Below are positions 1 through 13,488 of a stretch of DNA of 64,000 nt, in pieces. The notes under the pieces are model-generated. The model was not told the origin of the DNA, made no database searches, and saw only the letters and a program-made list of their open reading frames with translations. Origin of the DNA: Phoronis australis (lineage: Eukaryota > Animalia > Phoronida); contig NMRA01000276.1 in assembly GCA_002633005.1 (NCBI GenBank), forward strand, positions 13,414 through 77,413. Direction: 5' to 3'. The translations under genes and the position numbers were made by a program. Every line of letters starts with the position of its first letter. The stretch's first letter is position 1.

Positions 1-1033
1 TAGATCCGCCACTGGAACCAAGTCGATTCCGGCAGTGTCTTATCTGTGACCAATGTTTCCACGGAAAGAGTGAGCCTGATGCGACACTGCGTCACAGCAC
101 GAGGACACTCCCTTTTGTGGTGAATGTGGCATGTCATGCAAACAGTATGCCTCCTTCTACAGGCATAGCAAGCAGAAACGTCATCAGTGAAATCATTAAG
201 TCCAGTGGTGAAGGTTGTTAAGTCACTATAGTTTATTCAGATTTACAGAGTTTATGGTTGGTAGTTGTCTGATGTTATAGTATTTTGACGTTTTGTTTTG
301 ATCCTGTTTTTCCTCAAGTTTCTTTCTATATTTGTGTTATTTCAAAAGAATTTTAACAGAACCAGTACATTTTTGTAGTGTTTGAGGTAGATTTAAATGG
401 CCATACTAAGTGCCGTTGGGCAATACTTACATACAACTGTTCTGACCAGTTAGTATTTTAAAAGAAAATTTATGTCTATGATTATTGTACTCGGAGAAAT
501 TGCTTTGATATTGTTGATTTCCTAATGAGAGACTATTATAGGCTACTATCAATCAGTCCTAAATAGATTGTCTCTGATTCAGTGATGATTTAGTTTAATA
601 CATTCCAAAAGTAATTCGTGGGAAATGTTCAATGGATTTGTAATGTTGATTTCCCTAAAGCAATATTTTATGTATTTTTGTAAGACCAAGTTTGAGATAT
701 GTGTGATAAAAGATTAATATTGTAATAGAAATGCTATAATATTGTTGTTGATTTCCTGTGTAAATCACTACAGTGTGTAGTTGAAGTGACGTTAATGACA
801 ACATGTTGACTACGTTTTGAGAAAATTACAATATAGTATGTGTATTATAAAACTCAATCTTTTTCAATGTCACATTAAACTATAGATCATAAACTGACGA
901 TGCAGGTGAACTTAGGACCAAGGCAACAAAACAGAAGAGTCAAACACAATATACATTCAAGCTACAGGGGGGCCACAAGTCAATCTGTATCAATGCTATC
1001 AGTAAAACATCAAGTAAAATCCCACCCGTTTTA

Positions 1034-1447
1034 TCAGCGCACCAGTTTACACAACTTCTGGCCAATTTTTAGATCCCAGACGTTCATGAGTGGGTATCTT
1101 TGAATCATCTCGTTAAGTGTTGCTGCACTCTCCTCCAGTCTCTCCACATGGGCAAGCCTATCATCATTCTTTGACTTCATTGGCTATTTGTTTTTTTTTC
1201 CTTTTGCTGTCACAATTCTAGAAGAAGATTCTACACTCGCTCTCATCTGCTGCAACAATTTGTTTAACCCTGTCTGACAGACCACATGAAACAACTGCTG
1301 GGCGAGTCTTCAGTTTAGAACCCCTTGTTCACAGTGGTTTCGTCTAAAAGTAGATGTCTGTATTTCAAAACCCTGGTAGGATGTACCTTCACGTCGTGGG
1401 TAACATGTTCGTTGAAGCTCGCCTCACAATAACAGTGAACTTGCTTC
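1034..1447 (-). pseudogene. Decayed coding-like exon of unknown family
   Basis: Follows a ttgcAG acceptor; one frame holds for about 137 codons with only two internal stops (SKFTVIVRRASTNMLPHDVKVHPTRVLKYRHLLLDE...LCKLVR). Confidence 0.35.
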
Positions 1448-3726
1448 CTGCAATGAAAATAAATTAGTTTGTGAAACTAAAAATATGCTTGATGTACATG
1501 TAGTGCTCATGGCAATTTAATGGATATATTATGCTGTTGTTCAGTTTTGATACGAAAGTAACACAGTAATGACGCAAAATGTGATTAATTCATTGCATCA
1601 CACTTAACCTTTTTCACGTTTTAAAGTTCAATACTATTCGACACACTACGATGCGTTCCCGATCGCATAAACAAACACAAACAAGCGTTCCCGATAGCTT
1701 ATCGTTGCGTTCTCGATCGCATCTTTCAACAGAAAAGCGCCGAAAAATTAGAGATCCTAACAAAACTACAGAAAACAAGCGTTGCGTTATATTTTCACAC
1801 ATCATTTCTTCATAACTCCAAGGTCAACTTATTGATTTAGTGCCAAAAATAACAGTAATTTGCCAAAATGACATACAAATCACCTTCGGCTCATGCGATG
1901 CCTCGGTGAACGTAATTACTTTTCTCCTATAATTGGAGGAGACACTAGCCTAAACCTCTATCTGCCCTTCCTCAATGTGTTACGCTTTGAACTCATGTCT
2001 CTGTTTTCACATTGGATGTGAAAACAACGAAAATTCATCAAACTTACTCACCTTGCCTGGCTTCGCTTCTTGCGCCAAATTTCGTTCTCTATCGTTTTCC
2101 GGTCGTTCTCGATCGCGGGTTGGCCGGTGTGGATTAAATTAGAGTTGGTTGAAATCTGACCTGCTGAAGTGGAGTGTATGTACCAGTACGGTAGTTTTTG
2201 TCCCAGCTGGACATATCCTGTTTGTGTCACGGTGTGTTTTTAATGCGTGATGGTGGTATTTTGAAATAAATCATTGTTTGAAACGGTTACCGTATCTCAA
2301 TGTATTGTTTCTGGGTGAACATATTTTGTAGTCCTCGTTCTGGATGGTCAGTCAGATTGAAGTGTTCTTGTTATTGACAGACAAATCTGCGATTCCGCAC
2401 ATCATGGTTGGATAAAAGGGGTACATTGATTGTGGTAAAAAATTGATAATGCGAACGCCTTTTTCAAACTCTAGTTCTGCTTGTATACATGTATTGCAGT
2501 CGCCATGTAATTTTACAACAGAGTCTATGGCACAACTGTGAGACCGTGTAGTTTCAAATGTACAAACTACTAGTTCATCAGCTAAGATGAATTAGGTACC
2601 AGGGACGGATGCGAGATAGTTAAAGATACGTAGCGTATCACTGAAGTAACATTTTCCTGAGACACCTCAGCACCCCCTACATGCGTTTTATTTTTGAAAA
2701 AAAATCTGCATATCCTTGTAATTATTCTTTGGTATAACCTGAAGTAGGCGATTTCAATCACCCTTCGGGAAACTGGGTCCGTTTAAATGCATACTTCAAC
2801 CTCCGGCTTCAAACCGCCCAAGCAGTGGTGTTCGAAATTTCAGTTAAACTAGTCAAGGTCTAGGAAACTTCATCAAATTTAGCTGAGTGAGCTCTTTGAA
2901 ATCATTTATTGTGTAGACCACATGATGAACTCACGTTGACAAAAATAAGTTCCACTACAAGCCCAGACTAAAAACTTCGGGAATACAGCGATTTAACGGC
3001 GTACCGGAGAGTGGCCCCCTTGACAGCTGATGGTCCCGTCGGTTTATGAACGACTGAAAAATAGATTCTATACAATTATAATGACAAAAAAGCTTAATGA
3101 CTGTATATTCCCTGGTAATTTTATAACATGTCGCAGTGATTGTCTTCTCGACTGCCAGTGAGCCGGCAAAACCTCCCAGGCCCTAGCGGCACTCCGTGTG
3201 CCAGGTCAGGAATTTTTTGTCTGTGCAATGGTTTATATGGCCGTTTACGCAATGCGTGGGTCACAGGTTTATGTTGCTTAATGTTATCAATATTTTAAAA
3301 CCTCGTTAATATTTAAAATTTCAAACTTTACTCTGAAAATATCCCGGCTTTCTTAAGGGCCACCGTGCTTTTGTTTACATTTCGTTCATCACAAATATGG
3401 CAGACCGCGTGGCACACGCTGTCTGGCTTGAGAGTGTCGTGTCGTCTAGTTGGCATGCAACCGGTCTGTAGTATTACGATGTCTTTGGATACCTCTACCC
3501 CCCCACCCCCAAGCAAACACGCAGAGAACCAGCGAGGCCATTCAGTTTTCTTAGAATGAGGCCACTGGCAGGCGTGCGTTCAGTAACGTTAGGACCTATC
3601 TAGAATCCAACCGAAGTCACGTGTTCTCAGTTGAGATACACGGCGATATCTCATGTAATCTCGTGAAGTCTTGCTTTTAAGCGAGGTTATAGCGTTACTG
3701 AACGGGAGGCCGATCAATCACGTACT

Positions 3727-4035
3727 CAGGGGCGGCAGTGGCGGATTTAGAGAGGGGCCAAGGAGGCCATGACCGCCTAAAATTCTCCCAGATTCCATTT
3801 GCTGTTCGGGGGCGCGAATGTCTGATGGGCGAAATCCTGGCTAATACTCTTCCCTGTCCCCCACCTAAGTCAAAATCCCGGATCCGTCCCTGGGCGGAAC
3901 CAGGATTTTGACTTGGGGGGGGGCAGGGTAGAGTATTAGCCAGGATTTTGCCCATCAGACAATCGCATCCCCGAACTGCCTAATGGAATCTTAGGGGGTT
4001 CATGGTCGCCTTGGCCGACCTCTAATCCGCCAGTG
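3727..4035. mobile_element. Short hAT-like MITE with an inverted copy of the same family nested in its terminal repeat
   Basis: Inner copy 3736-3892 (CAGTGGCGGATT...GGATCCGTCCCTG) flanked by GGCGG duplication; outer copy CAGGGGCGG...AATCCGCCAGTG. Confidence 0.7.
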
Positions 4036-4753
4036 CAACTGAGTTTCAAGTCATGCAATATTGGCATCTGACGGTTCAAACTGGAAGCTTGTGTCGTATG
4101 ACAAATGAGGTGTTACGTCTAATTTACATATACCAGTGACATCTAACAGTCAAAATAAGACGATCGTTCCCGAGAAGAGGCCTCTTGTAAGGGTAAAACA
4201 AGTCATGTTCAAAACATCTCAAGCGCCACTAATATGCAGACTTTGGAGACCAAAGTGGTGTCATTTGTAGGTAAAGAGTTCAACTTTCACACACCACACA
4301 ATGGTTGGATTGCTAACAACTTTAACAGCCATATTTGAAATCACGCTTGAAAACATTTTTAAAAATGCGCCACAACAGTTGCCCCTTCCTGGTTAATGCC
4401 TTCCTGGTATTACTAAATTAATACTAATCAAATCGGAGTACTGGTCTTATGTTTCGTGGAGACTACTACCGGAATGAGCGTTTTTGACAACGCCATCCCA
4501 TACGAAAATATTCAATAGGATCCTAAAGGAATTCCTACAGGATCCTATACGAATTCCTACAGAAAGGATCAAGATTTCCTGTAGGAATTCCTATAAAAAA
4601 TCCTATAGGAATTTCTTCAAAAATCTGATTTCTAAACATTTTAACAAACAAACAACCTTAGAATATATAGTACGATATCGGTTTGTTTTTATCTACTTTC
4701 AGCTCTTCTAAGTCATTAATTTTTGTAAATTTTAATATTCATGCGAGTCTTAA

Positions 4754-5454
4754 AGACGAAGGCAACCTTTTTTCATGTCATTTTTAGCAAAAATAAGGTT
4801 CGTTGGTTATCCCAGACATATATTCCACTTAATTACAGCTTTTCGTAATTTAATTATTTATTCGTTCTCTGCTCCGGAAGTGACGATTTGGGAGGCAAAA
4901 ATTTCGCGCCAATTTCAATTCATATAGGCTTCCCTTTTTCAGTGCTACGCCGCCCGTGGGTGAGCCAAACTTTGATAAGTTTATTGTGGACTTGTCTAAA
5001 GTATTGGAGCTATTTAGAAGAAGCCAGGTGTGTGGCGAGGCAGTCACATGGCGGGGTGTAAGCAGTTTGTGTGCTCAGGTCACTATCCAGTGGGAGTATG
5101 TAGCAGGACACTCGGGCAAGTGAGACAGTTGTTCCTCTGTCCCTGAGACGATAACGAGTACATCCCGGTACGCAGCAACTGTATGGCATGTTGACTGACT
5201 CGTAAACAAAAGCAAACTACGACCGAACTTATCACAACCGAGATAGAACAATGACCGACTCGGCAGCTCTCACAGTCAGACTATATGAAAAGAAATTGGC
5301 GCGAAATTCTTGCCTTCCAAAACGCGACTTTCGGAGTAGAGAACGAATAATTAATTAAATTACGAAAAGCTGTTATTAAGTGGAAAACATGTCTGGGATA
5401 ACCAACCAACCTTTTGTTTTGCTAAATAGACATGAAGAAAGGTTGATTTCGCCT
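4754..5454. mobile_element. Kolobok-like MITE with about 165-bp terminal inverted repeats
   Basis: TTAA|AGACGAAGGCAACC...GGTTGATTTCGCCT|TAAA; the long inverted arms are directly visible. Confidence 0.8.
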
Positions 5455-5629
5455 TAAATATGTTAATTGCTTCGTAATTTTGGTATTCCCTATATTAAAT
5501 CATATGCTAGTTGTACTCATTTTATTGCCAGAAATAATTTCCTTTAAAAAGTAGACTTAATATTGTCTATGACGAACATTGTTTTACGTTTTGTGTAAAA
5601 AGCACTTTTTGGAACGTAAAGCAACTCCA

Positions 5630-6964
5630 GTAGGAAATCCTACAGGACCCAGACGGATAGTCTATAGAGTATTCTGTAAGATCCTAATGAATTTCCTATA
5701 AAATACTGATCAAGCCTATAGAATTCTGTTGAACTTCCTATACAAACATATTGACCTTCCTACAGCATCGTAATGAACTTCTTATAAATTCCTACCGAAA
5801 ATCCTATAGAAAACTCTCAGAATATTTTGAAAGGCTTTCCCACCAGTTATATACCAACTTTGCTGATTCCAACGCCAAAAATTTCTTTTAAAGATGACAC
5901 TTAACATTGACTATGTTGTACATCATTCTATGTAATATGCTTATATTGTACTTTTAGAAACCTACAGCGATTCCAGCAGGAAATTCTATTTAATTCAACA
6001 CGGATTTTTTACAAAATATTCTATAAGATTGCATTAAACTTCCTGTAGAACGTCACATAGAATCCTATTGAACTTCCTATAAGATCCTATTGCAGATCGT
6101 ATAGAATCCTATTGAACTTCCAATAGGATCCTACTGAACTTCTTATAGCATCCTATAGAACGTCCTTATATGATCCTATTAGATTTCCTACAGAATCATA
6201 TTGATCTTATAGAATCCTATTGAACTTTGTATAGAATCCTATCGAAATTCCAATCCTACTGAACTTACTACAGGATCCTATTGAAATTCCAGTACTATTG
6301 AACTTCCTATAGGATCCTATTGAAATTCCAATCCTATTGAACTTCCTATAGGATCCTATTGAAATTCCAATCCTATTGAACTTTCTATATGATCCTATTG
6401 AGCTTCCTAGAATCCAATTGAACTTCTTATAGGATCCTATTGAACTTCCTATAGAATCAAATCGAACGGCCTATATGATCCTATTGAACTTCATAGAGGT
6501 TCCTATTGAACTTCCTATAGAATCATATTGAACTTCCCAAAGGATACTATTGAACTTCCTATAGGATCCTACTAAACTTCCTATAGAACCCTATTGAACT
6601 TCCTATACAATCCTATTGAACTGCTATGGGTGGCGCTATAGGATCCTAATAAACTTCCTATAGGCTCCTATTAAACTTCCCATAGAATCCTATTGAACTT
6701 CCTATAGGACCGTATTGAATTTTCTATAGAATCCTATTGAACTTCCAATAGAATTCCATTGAATTTTTTGTATATTCTTATTGAACTTCCTATATGATTT
6801 TATTGAACTTCCTATATGATCCTGTTGAACATCTTATGAGATTCTATTAAACTTCCTACAGAATCTGATTAAACTTCCTATAGAATGCTATTGAACTTCC
6901 TATAGAATCATATTGAAGTTCCTATAGGTTCATATTCAACTTCGTATAGGACCCTATTAAACTT
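5630..6964 (+). repeat. Degenerate 22-bp tandem array (CCTATTGAACTTCCTATAGRAT)n
   Basis: Densest at 6030-6964; resumes at 11025-11212 and 11745-11885. Confidence 0.9.
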
Positions 6965-8690
6965 CATGAGAAAAGCTCGCCTGGTCTCCAGCTACATGAG
7001 AAAAGCCCTCATACTCAGGTTTTGTTTATAACCTAGAAAGTATCAACTTACCAACCCCCTGTTGTCACTAGTAGTAGAAATAGTAAACATTTGAACTTGA
7101 CACCTAGCCACAAGCCGTTAGCTGCCAGACCTATAATTCTGTGCACTAGATAAATTATTTTTATGAACTATTTGAAGACTCTTCATTAGAAAAAACAAGA
7201 ACAGCACCAAAAACAGGGTATTACATAACATCGAATTTTTTTCTACACCCAATACTTATGATTTTACAAAATGACCAGTTGATATGAAGGCGGTGTATGA
7301 ATACAAAAGTTGTAGAAATTGTCAGTAAATATCCTAGTGTTTTATTTCAAACATTTTAAAATTACTTTCGTTCGTACACTGTTTAGAACTTGATTTTACT
7401 TTCGTAACAGTAGATATAATATTTTGACAGGTATATAATATACTACGAACTATTTTACTTGAGTAATGATACTGTATTTGCATGGGTAAGTTGGCTTAGT
7501 TTGGTCACTTAGTGTCATTCATGTAAATGAATAATAGTGACTAGGACAAGAAACAAAACAATGGCAGAATTTCCTAAAGTTGGTGGCAGTTGCTAAGCTG
7601 TCCACGAATGTGGACATTGGACCAACGGAATTATTGTATGAATTCCAAATGGTGACTTAATCGTCGGATGATTCCCGGTTGGCCCGGTCAAAACATCAAA
7701 CGGTTAGTGGAAGCCGAAACACGAAACGATTGCTACCAAACGTGAGCGAGGTAAGATAATATACTTTTGCTGTTTTTAAATATTATGCATAAAACTTTTG
7801 TTGATAAAATCTAGTTTTCAATGCCTTTTACATTCTTCAGCTGAGCTCAAGAAACGTAAATTTAGTTTTCTACAAAAATACTTTTGAAAAACCTCCTTTT
7901 TGGGGAAACATCGGATTTTAGGGTTAGAGTGCCGTAGAAATTCAGAAGGCTGGTTATTTTTTTCCACGAAGTCGCACTCTTTTAATGGTATTAAATGAGA
8001 TACTTTTTGTTTGTTAGTCGTCTTCAGAACATTATTAATGACAATTTACACAGAGAATGCGTGAGACATTATTAACCCAAATAAGCCAATCCGGTTTTTG
8101 TTTATTCATTATTTATAGCTTTTATTTGAATGTGTAAGCTAAATACTTGTTCATTGAACTCAATAAAAGTAAAATAATACTTGTTATGAACAACAAGGAT
8201 AAAAACACCCCCTCAACAGGCTTCCTGTACATTTCAAGTAATTCAAGTTGAGAAAATTGTTATATGCATCCCAAAATATGAGCTATGCAAGGTGACCTGA
8301 CAGCTTAGGAATGCACTAGTGTCACAATTTTATAAATTGTTTTTTCATGGTTGAATGTGAGGTCTGTCATTAGGTAACTATAAAAGTGTGGATCTCAAAA
8401 ATGATAACAAAAATTCACTTATTTGCAACTTTTTAGTGGTTTTCTTGCTCCCAGAATTTGTTTTGGTTATTGTTCAGGCATACTTCCCCCATATACTTGT
8501 TTAACAATATTGAAGTAAACAAGTCAGTTACACAGTGGTCATTCACAGACCAAGGGTCATGGTCCATATGGCTGTAACTGTGTATAGGCCTTTCTCAAAA
8601 TTTATGCATGACTCACATTCCAATCCCAGAACGAGGGTTGTACTGATAAGTCTAGAGGAAGTCTGTTGTCAGTGAATCTCTACATAAACA

Positions 8691-9438
8691 ATGGCACACT
8701 GTTGTGTCCCTTGCTGCACAAATAACCAGAAAAAAGCAAAGAATTATCGTTTCACAAATTTCCTGCTGACAAAGAATTAAGAAGACAGTGGCTAGTGAAG
8801 ATTCGCAGAGATGAAGGGCCAACATTCCAAGTAAGTAGAATCTCAATGTCCACTTGGTGCAGTGCACCACCAGTTGCAGTGATGCTTGAACAGGTGGCAA
8901 TTTTCAAGAACATAATTGCCTAATACTAGCTGTCCTTACGGCACATTTTACTTCTCCAATGTAAAATTTTGTTTTATATACATATTCTCTGTAAATCTAA
9001 GAAAATGGCAAACCTTGAATGTTCCACTAATTTCTCAAAAACGGTGACCTAAAAGATTGCTGTAGTTCTCAGGTTGGACTCTAGACAGCCAGATAGAGTT
9101 GTTTATATCACAGAAAACTGCAGAGTGACACACATGCCCTCTCAATTAATCATTTTGCACTCAAAATAAACAGCCATGCTATGATGCAAGCACTACTTTC
9201 CCTTTTGTAATATCTGAGTTTCATTTTGCACTTCTATACTGTTGAATGTGAATGTAACTTTTACAGCTATGAATGGTTGATTGCTAGAAAAAATAAATAT
9301 GCTTTTACATATAATGTAAAAATAGTACATAACCACTTGCTGTGATAATTGTACAATAACACATGCTCTATATTTCAGGTTACAAAATATACTCATATTT
9401 GTTCTGCCCACTTCTTGCCTCAAGATTTCGTAGCATAG
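8691..9438 (+). pseudogene. Two-exon THAP (C2CH zinc finger) domain remnant, frameshifted and truncated
   Basis: Exon 8691-8830 MAHCCVPCCTNNQ/KELSFHKFPADKELRRQWLVKIRRDEGPTFQ then GTAAGT; exon 9379-9438 after tttcAG reads VTKYTHICSAHFLPQDFVA*. Confidence 0.85.
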
Positions 9439-10309
9439 TACTATTTAGCTAACAGATTTCAGATCGTAATTGTCTTTGTTAACTTGTTTTGTTTTATACG
9501 AGCAAGTCTCTTCCAGTATTCACACCATGTTTTGTTTATTTCTGTAGTAAACATGCTGACCTTCGGTTCATTCATAAAGCATTGCAAGAGACAAGATGAT
9601 CATTAACACATGTGGCAGAAAAAGTGGTAGTTGCTTTCTGTATGACTTCGCAGGAGTGATATCGGATAAAATTCAACAGAATGAAAAAATGATGAGCGTT
9701 ACCTAAACAGGAACATCGGAGCTTACAATCACCAGCTGTGGGGACCCAAATCAGACTTAAAGTAAATATACGCAGAATTTGACTGCTCGAAGGCAAACAC
9801 ATTTCCTTTATATGTGAGATACTATGGACATTTTGTTTTATAACATCGTTGTCAACTTCGTGTGGTTGAAAATATTCCTATACAGGTAACTGCAAAAAAA
9901 TTCAGTGAATGAATGTGCTTGTTTAGTAAACCAAGTGAAAATTTATAATTCCGATATTCATGTGGCGTGCTGAACATCCATTGATTGTCCTAAAACTGAT
10001 ATCTGTGTATACACCAGTTTATAAGTGTTTGTATGTGGTTCCTACTCTAAATCACCTTGTTATGTTCGTTTCTGCACTACTATACTTCTGTCATCAGTGA
10101 ATGAATGATTATTGTTCTTCTGGATCCATGTTGTTTTAATTATTCTCAGCAGGTCTGCTGGATGTTAAAGTTTGACAATGTGTTCAGTTCAAGCAACTTT
10201 GATTCTGTTGTCTCTCATTAGATGTTTGTCAGTTTTTCTTGAATAAACAGGTTGTGATGAAGAAAAATATTTGTTTTTATTATTTTACATAAGCTTAGTT
10301 GGTACTGAG

Positions 10310-10552
10310 CAGTGGCAGATCTACGTTTTTAGTAAGGGGGGCGGCAGGGTAGGATTTGCGCAAATTTGAGGCGCGTAGCACCGAACGGAGGGAAGGTCGG
10401 GAGGGTGTTTCTCCCCACCCGTGTAAGATTTTTTTGTTTTTTAATATCTGATTTCGTTTTCCTGGCAAATGTTTTTTTATTTTTTTATTTTTAATCGTGT
10501 CCCTGGGGGAGGGTTGAATCCCATGAACCCCCTCCCCGTAGATCCGCCTCTG
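10310..10552. mobile_element. Short hAT-like MITE
   Basis: CAGTGGCAGATCTACG...CGTAGATCCGCCTCTG inverted ends; a similar end is at 1-14. Confidence 0.7.
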
Positions 10553-13454
10553 CAGTAGAACTACAAGTGGTACTTGAATTCATCGTTATCTCTTGGACCT
10601 TACTGGGTTCTGGTTTTATCTGTAGGTTTTGAAGTTTCTTCGTTTACGTAGGACAATGCTTTGATTAACATCTGCATAAAAATACTGAGATTCTGAGTGT
10701 ATTGTTAAAATAGGTATGTCGGGTCTTCAGTTGTCTCACTGGTTCAGCTATATAATTTCTAGCTGCTGTTCACGTTACCACAGAAAGCTTGCCATTGCTA
10801 TAAACTGTGTGTCAGTTTGAGCTCAGATATCTGAGGTTTGAGCCATATCCCTCAAATTGTTTATTCAATGCAACTCTTGGAAAGTAGTTCTATCCAGTCA
10901 GTTGTGGTTTTCAGTATGGGTCTGATATGTTGTCAGCAATTAGCCTGGTGTTTATTGTAGTTAGATATTGTTTATGATAAGGGCCTGAAAATTCTGAGAC
11001 CAGGCGAACTTTCGTCATGTCATGCAGAATTCCATTAAACTTCCTTTAGAATCGCACTGAACTTCAATCGGATTCCATAGGAAGTTCAATAGGATTCTAC
11101 ATGAACTTCCTATAGAATCCCATCATCAATGATTGAACTTCCTACACAATCCTACTAGCTTCCTATAGAATCCCATTCAGAACTTCTTATAGAATCCTAC
11201 TGAACTTCCTGTAGATGAAATTCTCTTAAAAGGGTAAGCTACATAGCTTTCATTATAGCTGTTTCATTTCTGGTGTTGTAAATTATAATGTTGTGTCTAA
11301 ACGTCTAACGGAACGTTTCGATTATGTGTATGGCTTAGTGGCTAAAATGGACAGTTTCTCAACTGGACAACAGGTGTCACTGAAAGGCGATCCAATGAAC
11401 ATTTATCTTTACAGCAATTAAAACACTTCACATAAGCTTACAGCTCTGACTATCACGGAACTGACAATATATAAAAGCCTATAGTATTCAGCATTCAAAT
11501 ATTAGTTACTTTATGTTTTGTAAAAGCAAAAAAGAACACACAAGTCTTTTGTAGCCCCAGCTTAGTACACCCATTTGTAACATAGATAGATATCCTGATT
11601 GTAGGCCTTTTTTAAGAACAGAGTACACTGCTGTACAAGAACCTTGAGGTTACCCGTGTGCCAGTTGAACGTTTCCAAAGAATTTCTTTTGTTGATAACA
11701 CTTGGTTTTTGTATTATGTATGCATTGGAAATGTCATGATGGGAAATCCTATTGGATTTCTTAAGTCTTATAAGAATTCCTATAGGGTTTCCTGTAGGAC
11801 ATCCTAAAGGATTTCTATAGGATCCTATAGGAGCCAATAGGAAATTCTATAGCATCCAATAGAAAATCCTATAGGATCCTATAAGATATTGGGCCAAACA
11901 GAAACTGGGAACGAATTAAGAGATTGCCAAATGGTGGGGACTAAACCTGACTAGACATACACATTTACCGTCTTGGTTAAAAATGTCACATTTGTATGAC
12001 GCTGCCAAGTTACAGAACTCTTGAACAGAGAGAGAGTAGCGACGAGGGCGAAGCCCTCAGACATCTTCACAACATCAGATGATCTCGCTTTCTGTCCTCG
12101 CTGTACCTGGTGTGGACGTGGAACGATAGGCGTGGAACGGAACTGGCTGGAAGGCGATGGTGTTCTTCTTCTTTGAGATGCTGGCTGGATGGCAACAGCG
12201 TCTATGACTTCATAGATGAAGATTGACTTGCATGCGGCTGGCTTGATGGGAACGGCATCCATGTTTGTCCTAGGTTGTCTTTATACTGCCCCGTTGGGAC
12301 AGTTACCAGTCGAACAGGGCCAAAACCCTTGATGCTCCTGGTATATGGTAACTCTTGAACAAAGGTAGTGGCCCTATCCTTATAGAAATAGTCATATGAC
12401 AAGCCCAACCACTGACAAGGCAGCTGGCTTTCGCCAGGTGCCATGGTTCTGAGAATTCATGCCAAATAAGGTCAGCTTGAAATTGAACGAGTAGCAAGCT
12501 CCCACCGACAATGACCATCAGAAGTCATGAACTGAGACCATTCCGGTTAAAACTTATAAATAACTGCCTCTAAATATGTTTATACTTCATGACCTCCCTC
12601 TGATCTTCAGAATTTGAACATCGGTGAGAAAGTTATACAGAAGTGCCTGCTAAAACTTCATACTCCTTACTGGCCTCGCTGGTTCCCTGCATGCCGCTAA
12701 GTGGTAGCCAGCATCCAGGTATCACTTAATTTTTCACCGGCGTTTCTGATTGGCTGGTCAAATTCACAATAGGCAGCGCTTTACGCAAACCAACTAGCAT
12801 GAAAGATGAAGTGTAAAATTAATGTGGTCTGTTGTACAGACAAATCGAATCTTAAAATTCATGTTCAAGAAATGTGAATCCCAGAAAATTGTGGTTGCGC
12901 CTTTTCAGAGTGCATCTTTCTACAGTCATTGACTTTTGTTTATGTTGCTGTCCCGGATTCATACAGTATGAATAATACTCTAGTTAAATCGGACAGATAA
13001 CAGCATGTTTATTGTACAGGTATGTGCTTCAAGCATGCGGCTATTTAACATTACTGCAGAAACGAAATAGTTGCAGGTACATCGCTTGCAGGACAAGGCT
13101 AAATCATTCACAGTCCACCAGTTTCTCACTTTGTTGTAAAGCTAACCAATGACTGCTGAGGTTACATCAACCAATGACAAAGCGTGTGCTACTGCCTGCT
13201 ACCTACATGCTGACTACCACCTAGCAGTATGGAGGGAACCAGCGAGCTTACTGGTATGCCAGCTAATGGCAGACAAGTTGCTGGATATGCCAAAACGTTG
13301 CAGGACCAGACCCTCTCACAGAATCTCATTCAGGTTACGGTTTTGTAAACAGGAAGGCGCATACTCAAGGTTAGATGCCCAAGCAGAGACAATGGCAATA
13401 AGAACCCAAACCTATATATGGGTGCGTAAAAGGAATTTTCATGTAATTTGAATC

Positions 13455-13460
13455 TTTATT
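13455..13460 (-). terminator. Candidate polyadenylation signal of NOP2
   Basis: AATAAA on the minus strand 28 nt after the stop codon. Confidence 0.55.
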
Positions 13461-13488
13461 GAGGATGACATTGTGGTACCATTGCATT

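Larger units (their letters stand above)
6965..11019 (+). mobile_element. THAP-bearing DNA transposon relic with CATGA...TCATG ends (P-element-like)
   Basis: 24-bp terminal inverted repeat, 21/24 match (CATGAGAAAAGCTCGCCTGGTCTC at 6965-6988 vs 10996-11019); interrupts the 22-bp array; TSD not resolved. Confidence 0.6.
4497..11893. mobile_element. Large non-autonomous element with CCCA...TGGG ends and subterminal 22-bp repeat arrays (CMC/EnSpm-like architecture)
   Basis: Left end CCCATACGAAAATATTCAATAGGATCCTAAAGGAATTCCTA vs reverse complement of right end CCCAATATCTTATAGGATCCTATAGGATTTTCTA; same repeat unit at both ends; no clear TSD. Confidence 0.5.
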
